Source of the DNA: Hyphochytrium catenoides
Taxonomy: Eukaryota; Protista; Hyphochytriomycota
Reading direction: 5' to 3'
DNA length: 60,360 nucleotides
NCBI GenBank assembly: GCA_900088475.1
Contig: FLMG01000623.1
Location: 1 to 60,360 of the forward strand
The notes under the pieces are model-generated. The model worked only from the letters and a program-made list of their open reading frames with translations. It searched no databases and was not told the origin of the DNA. The translations under genes were made by a program, and so were the position numbers. Every line of letters starts with the position of its first letter. Within the stretch, counting starts at the first letter, position 1. Shown piece after piece: positions 1 to 11,047 of this stretch.

Positions 1-993
1 AGTTTCCTCCGAGGGAGTGGCAATGCCTTCTGATACTAGGGCAGCAACAGCTTTTGCAAACAAACCATCTTCAGCCAGTTTGGAAGCGCGTCGGACCTTT
101 GTTTGGGAAGACGAGTCCCCGATGGATGAAGGGTCGATAGCTGTCCGAGGTGAGGGCGGTGAAGGTGCATGAGAGGCTGCCATAGCTTCATCCCAGAGGG
201 CCCAGTAATCACCGGCTCGCCACCGACCGAGACGGTCTAAGATGAGCTGAGACAAGCTAGTGTTTCTAGCTCGGCGACGCTTGGAGCCCCCACGGGCAGG
301 GCGGGACCAGCGGAGAACTGCCTTGGGAAAGAGGAGGAGGAGGGACCATGAGGTGATGGAATTCTGAGAAACACAGCTTTTCATCAGAGAACCAAAGCAG
401 ACAGCACAATCATTAAGGATAGAGGAGGGGATCTTGCGGATGGATCTGCATGGGAGCTGGCAGATGTCCATAAGAGAAGGAAGGCGAGGTTCGGGCGGCA
501 GGGAGAGGTCAGGGAAGGAGTAGGAAGAACGACCGGGGAGAGAAGCATCAGATAGGGAAGAGGAAGAGGGGGAGACTGCGGCCAGAGGGACAGGAGAGAG
601 CACGGAGAGGTTAGGCAGAGGTGACTGAGGGAGAGGAGAGAAAGAGGTGGTAGGGATGCCAGCCGTTGAAGGAGGGAGAGGAGGCCTGGGTCCCCGGCAG
701 CGGGCGAAATGACCACGGTTTTCATGGGCCCGACTAATAGTCTTGCACGTCAGGATATGCCCGCAGCCACGCGGGCAGAATTGACGGCCATGTTGAGACA
801 GGAAGGACAGGAGAGCAGGGTCAGAGGATTCAGAACGATGAACGTTTTGTAGGTGCTGGAAAACGTTGGACTGGCTAAGACGGTGGGCGCAACTGGGAAG
901 AGGACAGAGGGGATCAGAAGGGAGGGAGAGCGAGGGAAGAGGCGCAGGCCTCAGCCCAGACGAGGCAGGCTCGGAACTGCGGTCACCTAACAT
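1..993 (-). CDS. Retrotransposon ORF2 N-terminus (zinc fingers plus region preceding reverse transcriptase), partial
   Basis: Manual translation has no stops: MLGDRSSE...CPLPSCAHRLSQSNVFQHLQNVH (C2H2)...FCPRGCGHILTCKTISRAHENRGHFARC...RSIRKIPSSILNDC...SWSLLLLFPKAVLR..RGG...LILDRLGRWRAGDYWALWDEA...KVRRASKLAEDGLFAKAVAALVSEGIATPSEET. It is missing from the ORF track because it has no stop in the window. Confidence 0.85.
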   Translation of the reverse strand, partial: MLGDRSSEPASSGLRPAPLPSLSLPSDPLCPLPSCAHRLSQSNVFQHLQNVHRSESSDPALLSFLSQHGRQFCPRGCGHILTCKTISRAHENRGHFARCRGPRPPLPPSTAGIPTTSFSPLPQSPLPNLSVLSPVPLAAVSPSSSSLSDASLPGRSSYSFPDLSLPPEPRLPSLMDICQLPCRSIRKIPSSILNDCAVCFGSLMKSCVSQNSITSWSLLLLFPKAVLRWSRPARGGSKRRRARNTSLSQLILDRLGRWRAGDYWALWDEAMAASHAPSPPSPRTAIDPSSIGDSSSQTKVRRASKLAEDGLFAKAVAALVSEGIATPSEET

Positions 994-2362
994 TTGGCCT
1001 GAGCGCTAGGAAGATCGGCATCGTTTGAAGCAGGAGCAGCGGCGGTGGGGAGGGAAGCAGTAGAAGAAGACTGAGCGGGTTGGGTAGGAGGAAACTGAGG
1101 GGGAGTAGAGAGAGAAGAAGGCACCACGGAAGAGCCAGTAGGAGCAGGAGAGGAAGGAGGGGGCGAGCCGGCAGGAGGGACATCATTCTCGACGGGGGCC
1201 TGGAGCTCTCGGACTCGGCGGAGGAAGAAGCCCTGGAGGCTTGGACGACGGGTAAGGGTGGCCTGGCGCGTGTAGCGGCGAACCAGGGACGAACGGGCGT
1301 CAGCCGGGGAGGTCGAGGGCAGGTCCAGCGGGGAGGAGTGCACTCGCAGCTTCAATGTCGTGAGGGCCCGGCGAAGTGGGACCATGTCCTCTTCCCAAAG
1401 GAAGAGTTCGGCACAGTCCTTGCCGATCGTGGAAATCCATATGATGGAGTCCCCGGGGCAGCCAGCGCGGCACAGGAGACCTTTGAGCTCACGGGGACGG
1501 AAGTGGGAACCAAGGCCAGAGATGGAGAGGGAGGAGATGGCTTTGCGAGCCGGGCGGCCTTGCAAGAGGCAGGAGGAGGCGCTGTCGGGGGAGAGAGAAG
1601 AGAACCAATCAGGCTTTGCGTTTTCCAAAGTTGCCGGTTGCTGGAACAGAAGACTTGCTGGCGGATTGCCCAGCGCCTGAAACAGGACCGAGAGAGAGGA
1701 CTGGGAGTAACTGCGAGCTTCTTGCGGCTGCGTACGACGTCCACCCAGGCGTTGGCGCCCGCCATGGAGGGTGATTTCTCGTCGTTACCGGAAGCACTGG
1801 TCCTGGGGGAGGCAGGAGAGGAGGGAGAGGGAGAATCGCTGTAAGTCGTTTGTGGCTGTGGCGGAGGAGAGGAGGAGGAGGCTGTCATTGGCGACGGAGT
1901 TATGGCGGCTGGACCGCGACCAGCGGCAGCGATGGCGGCAAGCTGCTGGGCCTTACAGCGGTCCAGCTTCTCGTTGAATTCGCCGAGGTCGGTCTTCACA
2001 CAATCGACCCGTGCATGAACTTCCACGGCAACGCTGTCTAGTTTGTCCGTGAGGGAGGACACAAGAGACTGTAAGCGGGAAATGCGAAGTTCCAGCTGTG
2101 CAAGCCGTGAGGAGCAGTGGGCGCAGCAGGGGGAAGCTGGTGCGTCCTCGTTCGTTGTGCAGTCCACCACAGCCAGGTGGACCGAGGAGGGACCAGAAGA
2201 AGAAGAAGAGTTAGATGGGAGGGGAGGAGGAGGGGCAGAAAGAGAGGTGGAGCCGGCAGAAGAAGAGGAAGTGGTGGACGCCGACTGAGGGCGACTGGCG
2301 CGGCCGCGAGAAGGGAGAGCGGAGGCCTTAGAGGCCAAGCGAGAGCTCGATCGGGAGCTCAT
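987..2362 (-). CDS. Retrotransposon ORF1-like protein (Ser-rich, coiled coil, RRM-like domain), split by one frameshift near 1690-1700
   Basis: ATG at 2362 (MSSRSSSRL...). Coiled coil LAQLELRISRLQSLVSSLTDKLD and motif AWVDVVRSRKK are in one frame. The RRM-like block LSISGLGSHFRPRELKGLLCRAGCPGDSIIWISTIGKDCAELFLWEED is in a second frame, open 1784-987. Confidence 0.65.
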
Positions 2363-2842
2363 CGTCTTGGGGTCAAGAAGAGACCACAAGCGCCCGTGAG
2401 GGCAGAGAAGGAAGGAGGAAAGAGAGAGGAAACGGAAAGGAGCAGGGCAACAGCAGAAGCCAACTTGTGTAGTACAGGGAAAATTAGTTTTTGCTATAGT
2501 TATAATCCCAGGTATCAAAAGAAGAACTTTTTTTTGAAAAAAAGGAGTGACTAGTAGACTTTCTACCTGGAACTGGGATAATTATAGAAGATCACCTGAC
2601 TCACATCGAAGATCTGTCCAAAGAGGCGTGGCAGCGGGGGAGCTGAGAGGCCAAACAGAAGGTTCTACTGCGAGGGGATACGGCGCTGGTGGTTGCAGGG
2701 CTAGGGTGGGCGTCTTCATCAAGGGAGATAGCACCACGCAGGTGGGTAACACTCCAGGAAGAGAATCTATAGTGCGCAACATAGACATCCCATCATCAGT
2801 TTCTTAAGGTAGGTTTGCCTTGGCTTTGCGTGATGCTTGTTC

Positions 2843-2862
2843 ATAGATAGATAGATAGATAG
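2843..2862. repeat. (ATAG)n microsatellite
   Basis: atagatagatagatagatag. Confidence 0.9.
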
Positions 2863-3087
2863 ACACCCTGTCCGTAGCCCACCACCAACCCAGCGACCAT
2901 AGAATCCCTAAACACAAAACCGGAAGCTGCGGTGTGGCCTTGGAGAGATGGGCCGAACCTCCTATGATTGAGAAGTACAAGCAAATTTTAGGAGGATAAG
3001 CCTTCTTATTACACATCACCATTCCTCAAATTCCTTACCAGTGGAACCGTACTCATTCCCCCCCGGCCCTCCAAGAAGCATACAGCT

Positions 3088-3732
3088 ATGTCAAAGCTCT
3101 CATCATCCGACAAGTGTTCGCTCAGTTTCCGATCTGGTGCGTAGATATGCGCCGTCATAGCGCTTATACTTGCCGCGGTTGGACTCAACGGCGTACCGTC
3201 ACAGTCTGAGCTGGGCCCCGTTTACGCATCTCTTGCCTTTGCTGGCCTAACAATCATAGTTGTGGCTGTATGGGTACCATGGGCTCTTATGAGCAAACAC
3301 CACCACTTCTACCCTGCACCGGCAATTTTTGTGGACCTCAGCTTTGCTATATCTCTCCTTATCATTGGTTCTTGTATGGCATCCAACAACTACATACAGT
3401 ACTGCAACTACTATCGCGCAAAGATTGCAGAGGCAATTGCGAGCCTTCCAGACTCGGCCGCTGATGATGCAGCTTCGAGAATCTCCGACAAACTAGACAG
3501 TAACCACATTCCTAAGTGCGACCTACTGCGAGCGGCGACGGTCTATACTTTTCTCACCGCACTCTGCTTTCTAGGCGCTCTGTGGAGTGCCATCTACAGC
3601 TACAAATACCATAAGATGAAAAGCAGTTCAGCTCTTCGCAAGGAGCTGACGGGCCAATCTTTGGACGATACGGCACTGCGCTCTACTCCAACGCAATACG
3701 TCGCTGCAAAGGATCAAGAAAATACCGTCTAA
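3088..3732 (+). pseudogene. MARVEL-type four-transmembrane protein, intronless, with an in-frame TAG at 3142-3144
   Basis: ATG 3088 is in frame with ORF 3262-3732: MSKLSSSDKCSLSFRSGA*ICAVIALILAAVGL...FVDLSFAISLLIIGSCMASNNYIQYC...KCDLLRAATVYTFLTALCFLGALW. It has four hydrophobic helices and a Cys pair in the second loop. The stop falls at the Q position of the MARVEL 'LRxxQ' motif. Confidence 0.7.
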
Positions 3733-5837
3733 ACCAGCCCTCAGTCCTGCCGCGTCATCAGGTCTATGATATGCCTTTCCTTCTGTATGTGTTCAATAGC
3801 CTATAGTGGTCGTACTACTTAGTGCCTAATTGCCTGACGTCTGATAATAGCTAAGAAAGTGATGGTTTGGCTTTTTTCAATAGTAATGGGGCGAACTACC
3901 TTTAGGTGTGGGTCCTCTCGACCTTTGTCTAGTATGGGATGGTCTATAACTCGTGTCCTTGACTGTATGACACGGCTTGTGAAGAGAATCTTCAATATGG
4001 TCGCTCTTCGCTGATGCTTCTCGGCATGGCCCTTCTGGTCTCGTCTTACCATGGCTTTACGCCTTCATATTTATAGTGTCTCGTTAGCCATTCATTATTA
4101 TAGAATGCGCCTCTTCAGCTTCTAACTACGTAGTACCTCTTCAGCAGTTGGATCCTTCGTTTGTCTGCTGGTCAAGTGTGGCGATGGTCTTGATGCCTCT
4201 CCCCCTACTCTTCCCTCTCCACTAATCCAATGTTGAGGAACTCAAAGATGATCTTTCTTTTTCGACAATGATGGTGGAGGGAAGAGAGTTGAAAATGACC
4301 CAGATGTTGCTTCCTTCTTATTATTCCTCTTCTTCTTCTTCTGAGTGGTATTACTTGCTGATAGCAACCTGCAATGATACTACTACTAAGGGTTATATGT
4401 AACAATAAGGATGAGAAAAGAAGAAGAAAGCTTAGTAATTGGTATTGTCTTAGCTCTATAATGAATGTTTCCGCTTCAAGAACCTCGAGAAGCTTATGGT
4501 CTGTTGCTATGAGTGTCTCCCTTACGTTGAAAGAATCATAGCTAGTAACGAAGGACTGCTAACAAGTTAATAAAAAAATAGGAGAATCAGTCAAGAAGGA
4601 TGCAATGAGGAACAAGAAGAAGATAAGAGTGCGGAGATGTAAAGACAGAATATTGACGTTCAGAGCCAAAAGGACTACTAATATGTAGGACGTCGACGAA
4701 GCCTAGCACCAAAGAAGAAAGAAAAAGTGGAGATAGTTAGTGGTAACCGAGAATGTGCAAGATGATTCAAAGTCCTTATCTTCACTTCTACGCATTATTC
4801 AGGCAATAATTCATGGCAAGAAGACTTGCCAGAGACAAGGTCAGCGTATTCTCATCCTAAAAAGAACAATTTGGAGCTACAGTGCCTCTGGAACGAAAGA
4901 CAGGCGGAAGGAGACTGCATTACAATAACAGCTATTTTACAGCTGGGCAGGAGCGAAGTTATCATTATGATGCGACAACACTTTACCAACGACCACTAAA
5001 GCTAAAGCATTCTTCTGAACAGGAAAACTTCAGGTCATCACAACTTGTTAGTACGCCCATACAAGCGTCAGTCCACGCTCGAAAAACTTCAAAATGCGAG
5101 AATGCTTTGGATGGCTCTTTTATAAAATAAAAAAATGCTACTTTTATTGGGAGGAATTGGCCTTTTATTAACGCGCGATAATTTTTAAAGGAGTTTGTTG
5201 CCATAACTTCCACTCTTTATTGTTATTATTCTCTCAAATAGAAAGTCTGATCTCTAGAGTAGATTCGTCCCCCTAGAACGCAAGCCATCTGGTTTGTCAA
5301 ATACTCCAGCTCCTATCAAACCTTTACAGCTGTTATCATGGATCCTACAACAGATGCTCGAGGTGTTCCCTTGTCTATCAGCAATTTCCCAGATAATGGC
5401 CACAAAGGGAAATCGTATGATGAACTATTACCGGATCGATCCGAAAACCGGCATCAGTCCAATGGTTCAGAATACTCCACCTTCCTGTAGTCTTTGTCTT
5501 GAATATTGACGTTTTTAACAGAGAAGTTGCACAGCAACGACAGAACGCCCTTTTGAGGGGCGCCAGGCCTCCCACCGGCCACTTGAAGTTGTGGACGAAT
5601 CTGTGGGACGTGAGATTGAGATTATTGGACAAATCTCCCTCTTCTTCTTGAGCAGCAGCAGGAGGAGGAGGAGTCCATTGTAGCCGTCTATTTTGAAGAC
5701 AACAGCGTTGGCATGTGGAGCCTCCCATCCGAGATGGATGATGTCATCATTAGTTCAGTATCTCGGGGACAGGACATAAGAAGACCAGCTTGGCAGACCA
5801 GAACAACATTCCTTCTTCTTCTTATCTGTTGTCTAAG

Positions 5838-6662
5838 ATGGCGATAAGCGCCGAGGATATGCTATCATAGTGGCTAGATGCCTACATCCCAGCAGTACAG
5901 ATTGATTCAAGGAGCGATGATGATGATTTAACAACCAGTGACCGACCGTTGTCGCGGATTAGCAATGTTCCGTCAAAGACGATGAAGCGCACCACCATCA
6001 GTAGTGGCGACGACTCCTCGACAACAGATGAATCCTCCTTATCGAACAACAAGCAGCCAGCAGGACGACGAAGAAAGGGTATGTATGGGCCTCTTAAGAA
6101 GCTTTGCCTCAAGGTAGAGGCGGAAGAGAAGCGACATCAATCTCTACAACGAAGGATAGAGTTCATGTCCGGTCTACCAAAGCAACGCGCCGTTTGGCAT
6201 GCCGAAGAGTACGAGAGTCAAAGAATGTTCAGGACAATGGTGGTGGTCAAGGCACTTAATGGATTTAGTACAGGAGGCCAAGAACTGGAGCAAAGCCTTT
6301 GTCACTATCACCACTCCATGAATCATGTACAAGACACTCTACCCGTGAGCGAGAAACTCATCCCAGACCATATCGACGAGTACTCTGGTGGTCCCAAGGG
6401 GATGAAGAAGGCATGGCGCGTCTGTAAGAGCCTCTATAGTATGTTCCAATGGTCTGACGTCGAAGTAAAGGCATTAGATCCACGGGGAGACCGCATCGTA
6501 GTGAATGCTAAGTTTCATTACACTCCTGCTGCATCAACAGCTCTTCGACCAGAGGACACTTCCAAGGAATTTGTGTGCCGCAGCATCATAATCATTGCGT
6601 TGTCACCGGAAAATCGGATACAGTTCATTTGATCCTGTCTGCGTGACTTGCTTACCTACTAA
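5838..6662 (+). pseudogene. Degenerate bZIP-like protein with an oomycete-type C-terminal alpha/beta domain; in-frame TAG 5868 and TGA 6630
   Basis: Basic stretch RRRKG plus a short zipper (LKKLCLKVEAEEKRHQSLQRRIE), then GGPKGMKKAWRVCKSLYSMF...IVVNAKFHY...FVCRSIIIIALSPENRIQFI*SCLRDLL. This resembles the domain order of oomycete bZIP proteins. Family assignment is from memory only. Confidence 0.45.
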
Positions 6663-8985
6663 GGATAGCCTGATCACTGTCAACGCTATAGTCTTTTGTC
6701 TAGCTTTATTAAAATTGACTTGCTTCTACCCCGTCAATCGTTGAATCCGAAAGAGAACACTTGTTGACTTTTATATCGGAGCAAAGACCTAGCAGGGATG
6801 CGTGGGACTGTAACAAGATGGACGACATCTCCACCAGCCACTGCCATCATCGTCAACTTCCCTTCTAAGGTCCAGCTTGTCTTGACTGTACAAGCTGTTC
6901 TCTTGCCTCTGTCAACTCCACTATAGTAGTACGACGCCATAGCATGGCTGATATACGATCACCACTGTGACTCCTACGGTTCAGCTTGTCGAATGTACTG
7001 GCCGATCAAGGAATACCCAGAGTGAGAAGGAGGTTCCGGGGCCTTACTACTAGCTGTGTTCACAGCTTCACAGACACAGGTTGCATCAGTCAGAATGGTC
7101 ACCATGGCTTTGAATTTTGCAAATGTTGTCATCATCAATACGTTGAGACATTTAAAGTCAAAGACCCAATGCTAGCATCAGTCTTCAAGCAGGCAACCAC
7201 TAAACACGCTAGCCATTGTTCAAAAAAAGCCGAGATTTTACTAATGTGGGATCGATGACGTGGAGCTAAGCGGTCGTTCAGAGGACAAATATCCCTGCTT
7301 AGAGGACGCTCTTTCAGGTCAGTGGTAGCTCCTAACGAATGAAGTCTTGTGTCTGCCCTTACAGGCTAACCAGAGCTCAGCAGAAGCAGAAGTTATCCAA
7401 GGAGCTACTACTACTGCCAAAGGGTTTTTGCTAGAGTCATCTGAAGACAAAGATCGAGACTTATAATTCGCATCTGAACATGGTAAAGCACAACGATTGG
7501 ACCTCTGATCCTGAGCACAGCACCATTCAACACTACTTCAGATGGTGATGAACCTGTTATGGAAATTTTGTCGACCATATAGTTCCTGCCGCAGCAGCCA
7601 AAGAGTCACTTTTTGTGAGTGGTGGCGAGACTTCAAGATTAGCATGACGTCAATCCCACTGCCTCTTGTGAGGTGAGCCTACGATCAGGTCTTCAGGTCG
7701 AACTAATTTGAATCATGTGAGGTGTGTCTGTCTCTCCTAACAGAATCTTGCTCATCAGACGCTCATGGCTCATTATGGAGCTAAGGTCTGGCTGCTGCTC
7801 TTCGGTTCCCTCTCCGGGTCAATTGCGTAGCAGACGAGATAAGGGAAGATCTCTTTCCGTGGCCAACTGTACTTCCGTTGTCACCCTCTAGCTCAGCTTG
7901 AGCTTAAACAAGGAGAAGGCAGAACGTAAGGAGGGCAAGGTCGGGCTAAGCCTTCTAACATGGGGGCGATGTAGTTTTTATGAGGAAACTAAAGATAAAT
8001 AAACAGAGAAGGACCCAACTCCAACAAGTGTCCACCCAGACCGGTGATGACAAGAAGTGCGGAAAAGCTTGGGGTTGAGGTGGACGGCAGAAGAGAATAG
8101 ACAAAGATTCAATGATAGTAACTTCAAAGAAGGTAGCATCCCCATGTCAGAAAACGAGAAGAACGTGGCAACAAAAGGATTTAGCGGGAGTAAGCTAAGG
8201 TGTGGCCACATGGGTCTTCCACCTTTCTATCTCGTATGCTGTCAGCTGTAGGCTGAGGGAAGATTTGTCTCTGAGATGGAAAGATTGACGCCTGGCCGTA
8301 AACTCGCGTTCCTCTTGGAGCAGGGCCCACGATCTAACCTGATCTACTACCATTCGATGACACTTTTCTTTACCACCATGATGATCATCACTCTTCCATA
8401 ACGAGCTGCTACTTAGTAGGGTGCATGCATTATTAGCGAGAAGCGAGTAAGTGAACGTCAGGACAGTACAGAGGGGCCGAGTGTTCGCAGCACCAACAGT
8501 AAACAGGAACCCAGCTCCCTAGTGAAAAATGAGGAAACCAAAGAGAAGGTGGAAGAATATTGGAACAGAGAAGCAGCAAGACCTGATCTCTTTGAAGGAA
8601 AGATGAGGAAACAGCGTAGTATCCAGCGGAATATCTGTTCTGAGAGACGCGACACAGACAATGTAAGCGTCTAACAGCTCAACTTTGGGAAAGAGGATCA
8701 TAGAAAGGCAAGGGTGCTCGACATGGAAGCTCCAGGCGAACCACCTGAAGTCCAAACTCCAGGAAGTTGCTTTGACGACGGTGTTGTCGGGAGCAACAAC
8801 AAGACAGAGGGGGGAGAAGGATTTGTTGATTCTATTATCAAATTAACCGGCTCATCTCGACCCAGCAGCAGTCGGCACCTATTTTAGCCAACGGCTCTCA
8901 TCTTTTCTCGCTTCTTTGGTCCTCTCGTTTCCTCTCCTCTTTCTCCTTTCGAGTCTGTTTCTTCAGATAACCCCATGCCGCCCGG

Positions 8986-9017
<32 letters not shown>

Positions 9018-9028
9018 CTTCCCCTCTC

Positions 9029-9160
9029 NNNNNNNNNNNNNNNNNNNNNNNNNNNNNNNNNNNNNNNNNNNNNNNNNNNNNNNNNNNNNNNNNNNNNNNN
9101 NNNNNNNNNNNNNNNNNNNNNNNNNNNNNNNNNNNNNNNNNNNNNNNNNNNNNNNNNNNN
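9029..9160. other. Assembly gap (N run) within a CT-rich tract
   Basis: Run of n flanked by (CT)n. Confidence 0.99.
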
Positions 9161-10807
9161 CTCTTTCTCACGCGCTCTCTTCTTGTTCTAGTTTTGCCTC
9201 CCTTTCCTCCTCTGCAGAAAAACTCTCTCTCTATCCATTCGAGCACACTCTCCAATACTACCATGGTCATTACTTTCCCAGAAAGACGTTTTGGTCTGCC
9301 ACTTCTGAGACAGATCTTCCCACAGCCTTACTGCTGACGACATACCTCCTCCTCCAACCCCGTCTATAATATCTAGAGGTTATTGCTCAGGAGGATGATC
9401 ACTGAAGAGAGCGCGGTGGCCCTTTGCTAGACACTCTGGCACTGGCTCCAGGATCTATAAGAGAGTAGTGCCCGTCACCCTCATAGTAGACAGCAGGTGC
9501 CAAAAAGTCACCTACTCTCATAAGAGCAGTGGCCTATAATAGCTCCCCAATCTAGAGTTAGACCCCAGGATGAATGAGCGCAGTGGCCAGCTTCCCGTCA
9601 CTCTTCCGTTGGGCCCCAGTACGATATGGAGGTGGTTGATGGCCTTCTTAAATGGAAAGACCGGCAGAGCTCAAGCGACGCGACACTCTCAACAACACCT
9701 GCTGCTGAAGATGGAAGAAAAAGAAGAGTGGTTCAAAGGAATTTGGCCAGAGGAGACGTAGTGCTGCCCGGACCAGCAGCAAGACCTTGGCTCCAATGAT
9801 AAACCATGAGCCACTCAGGACTAACTTCTGAGACTTGATGACACTGCTGGTGCATCTGAGATTGACAGACTGACTGATAGTACGAGGCGTCTCTTCTTGC
9901 TCTCATTTATTAAGAAGGTCCTGCTTGATTATTCTATTTAGATTGGCCAGCTCAGCAACAAACCAGATTAGACCAAGTCAAAGCCCTTCACGCGGGCCAA
10001 TGCCGGTTTCTACTAGTAGGTTGACGAGGCTCGAGTCTTATTGAGTAACCAGGGCCTTTCGCCTCTCTCCTCTCCACACATGAAGCATCTGGCCATTCAA
10101 CTCATCAGTCTCAAGTGCGAGCGCCTCTAATCGTGTTTCTAAGATTCATGTCAAGTAGGTTCAAGTGGGGAGCTTTCTTCTTTCATTTATGTTCCAGTTT
10201 CTCCTGGTTGTTGATGAAGCAGAGGTCTCTGCCTCCTCACCCAACGGCCTCTCCTACTCTACACGATATCTCCAATCTTCGTTGTGGGTTTGCCCTATCT
10301 CGTGCTAGTTGCCCTGTCTCTCTTGCAAATTGTTTGCTGGCACGGGCGATATCTCTGTCTCTTTTTCTTTGACGTGATCCCTTTAGCCCACTGGTTTGCT
10401 TTTCTCGTCACTCAGCATCGTCGTACTGAGCTCTTCTTGACGCAGCCAAAAGTTCGCCTACGGTTGCTGTCTTGTCTGTTCTTCTATTATTCTCCTTCTC
10501 CTCTCTTTGCGAGAAGATCCAAACAAGAGAGTTTTCCACACGAAGACGGAGGAGAGGAGTGCTATATGGAAGGTTGACAGAATAAGGACAACACAGCAGC
10601 TAATTAGTATTAATGACGATGCCAGGTAAAGGAAAGTAAGTGGAGAAAGAAAGGAAGAAAGATACCAAGAAAGTTCCGCTGCGCTATGTACAACTACTAA
10701 CGCTTGCCTTCGCCCGCCCGCCACTTAAGCCAAGCAAGCGCCAGCACACGCCGCCACGACGCGCCCACCCAGTACTGATCGACCGCACGCATACTTATTA
10801 CCTCCTA

Positions 10808-10814
10808 GCAGCAG

Positions 10815-10852
<38 letters not shown>

Positions 10853-11047
10853 ACAGCGGCAACAGCAGCAACAGCAGCAGCAACAGCAACAACAGCAGCA
10901 ACAGCAGCAGCAACAGCAACAACAGCAGCAGCAACAGCAACAACAGAAGCAGCAACAGCAGCAACAGCAGCAACAGCAGCAGCAACAGCAGCAACAGAAG
11001 CAGCAACAGCAACAACAGCAGCAGCAACAGCAGCAACAGCAGCAACA
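10808..11047. repeat. About 240-bp mixed CAG/CAA trinucleotide tract
   Basis: Directly visible, with rare CGG and AAG interruptions. Confidence 0.98.

Larger units (their letters stand above)
1..2500 (-). mobile_element. Non-LTR retrotransposon, CRE-like clade, 5' portion (continues beyond the left window edge; 5' boundary approximate)
   Basis: The minus-strand frame is open from ATG 993 to base 1. It contains zinc-finger motifs and the CRE-type pre-RT motifs. It is preceded by a gag/ORF1-like region and a pyrimidine-rich leader (about 2363-2500). The RT catalytic core lies outside the window. Confidence 0.8.

Noticed and set aside
1080-2554. Plus-strand Arg/Gly-rich ORFs
   Set aside because: They are antisense shadows of the Ser/Pro-rich retroelement ORF1.
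4950-5215. Short inverted words GAAGTTAT / ATAACTTC around an AT-rich stretch (possible MITE)
   Set aside because: Only 8 bp, with no clear terminal inverted repeats or target-site duplication.
7636-7646. AAGATTAGCATG match to the U6 snRNA core
   Set aside because: The flanks lack the ACAGAGA box and the rest of U6; chance match.
3088-8887. Alternative genetic code (TAG/TAA = Gln) suggested by in-frame stops
   Set aside because: TOR ends at its invariant WCPFW with TAG and the CC2D1-like gene ends with TAA. The exons I translated for TOR, GAS8, CC2D1-like and DnaJ contain no in-frame stops.
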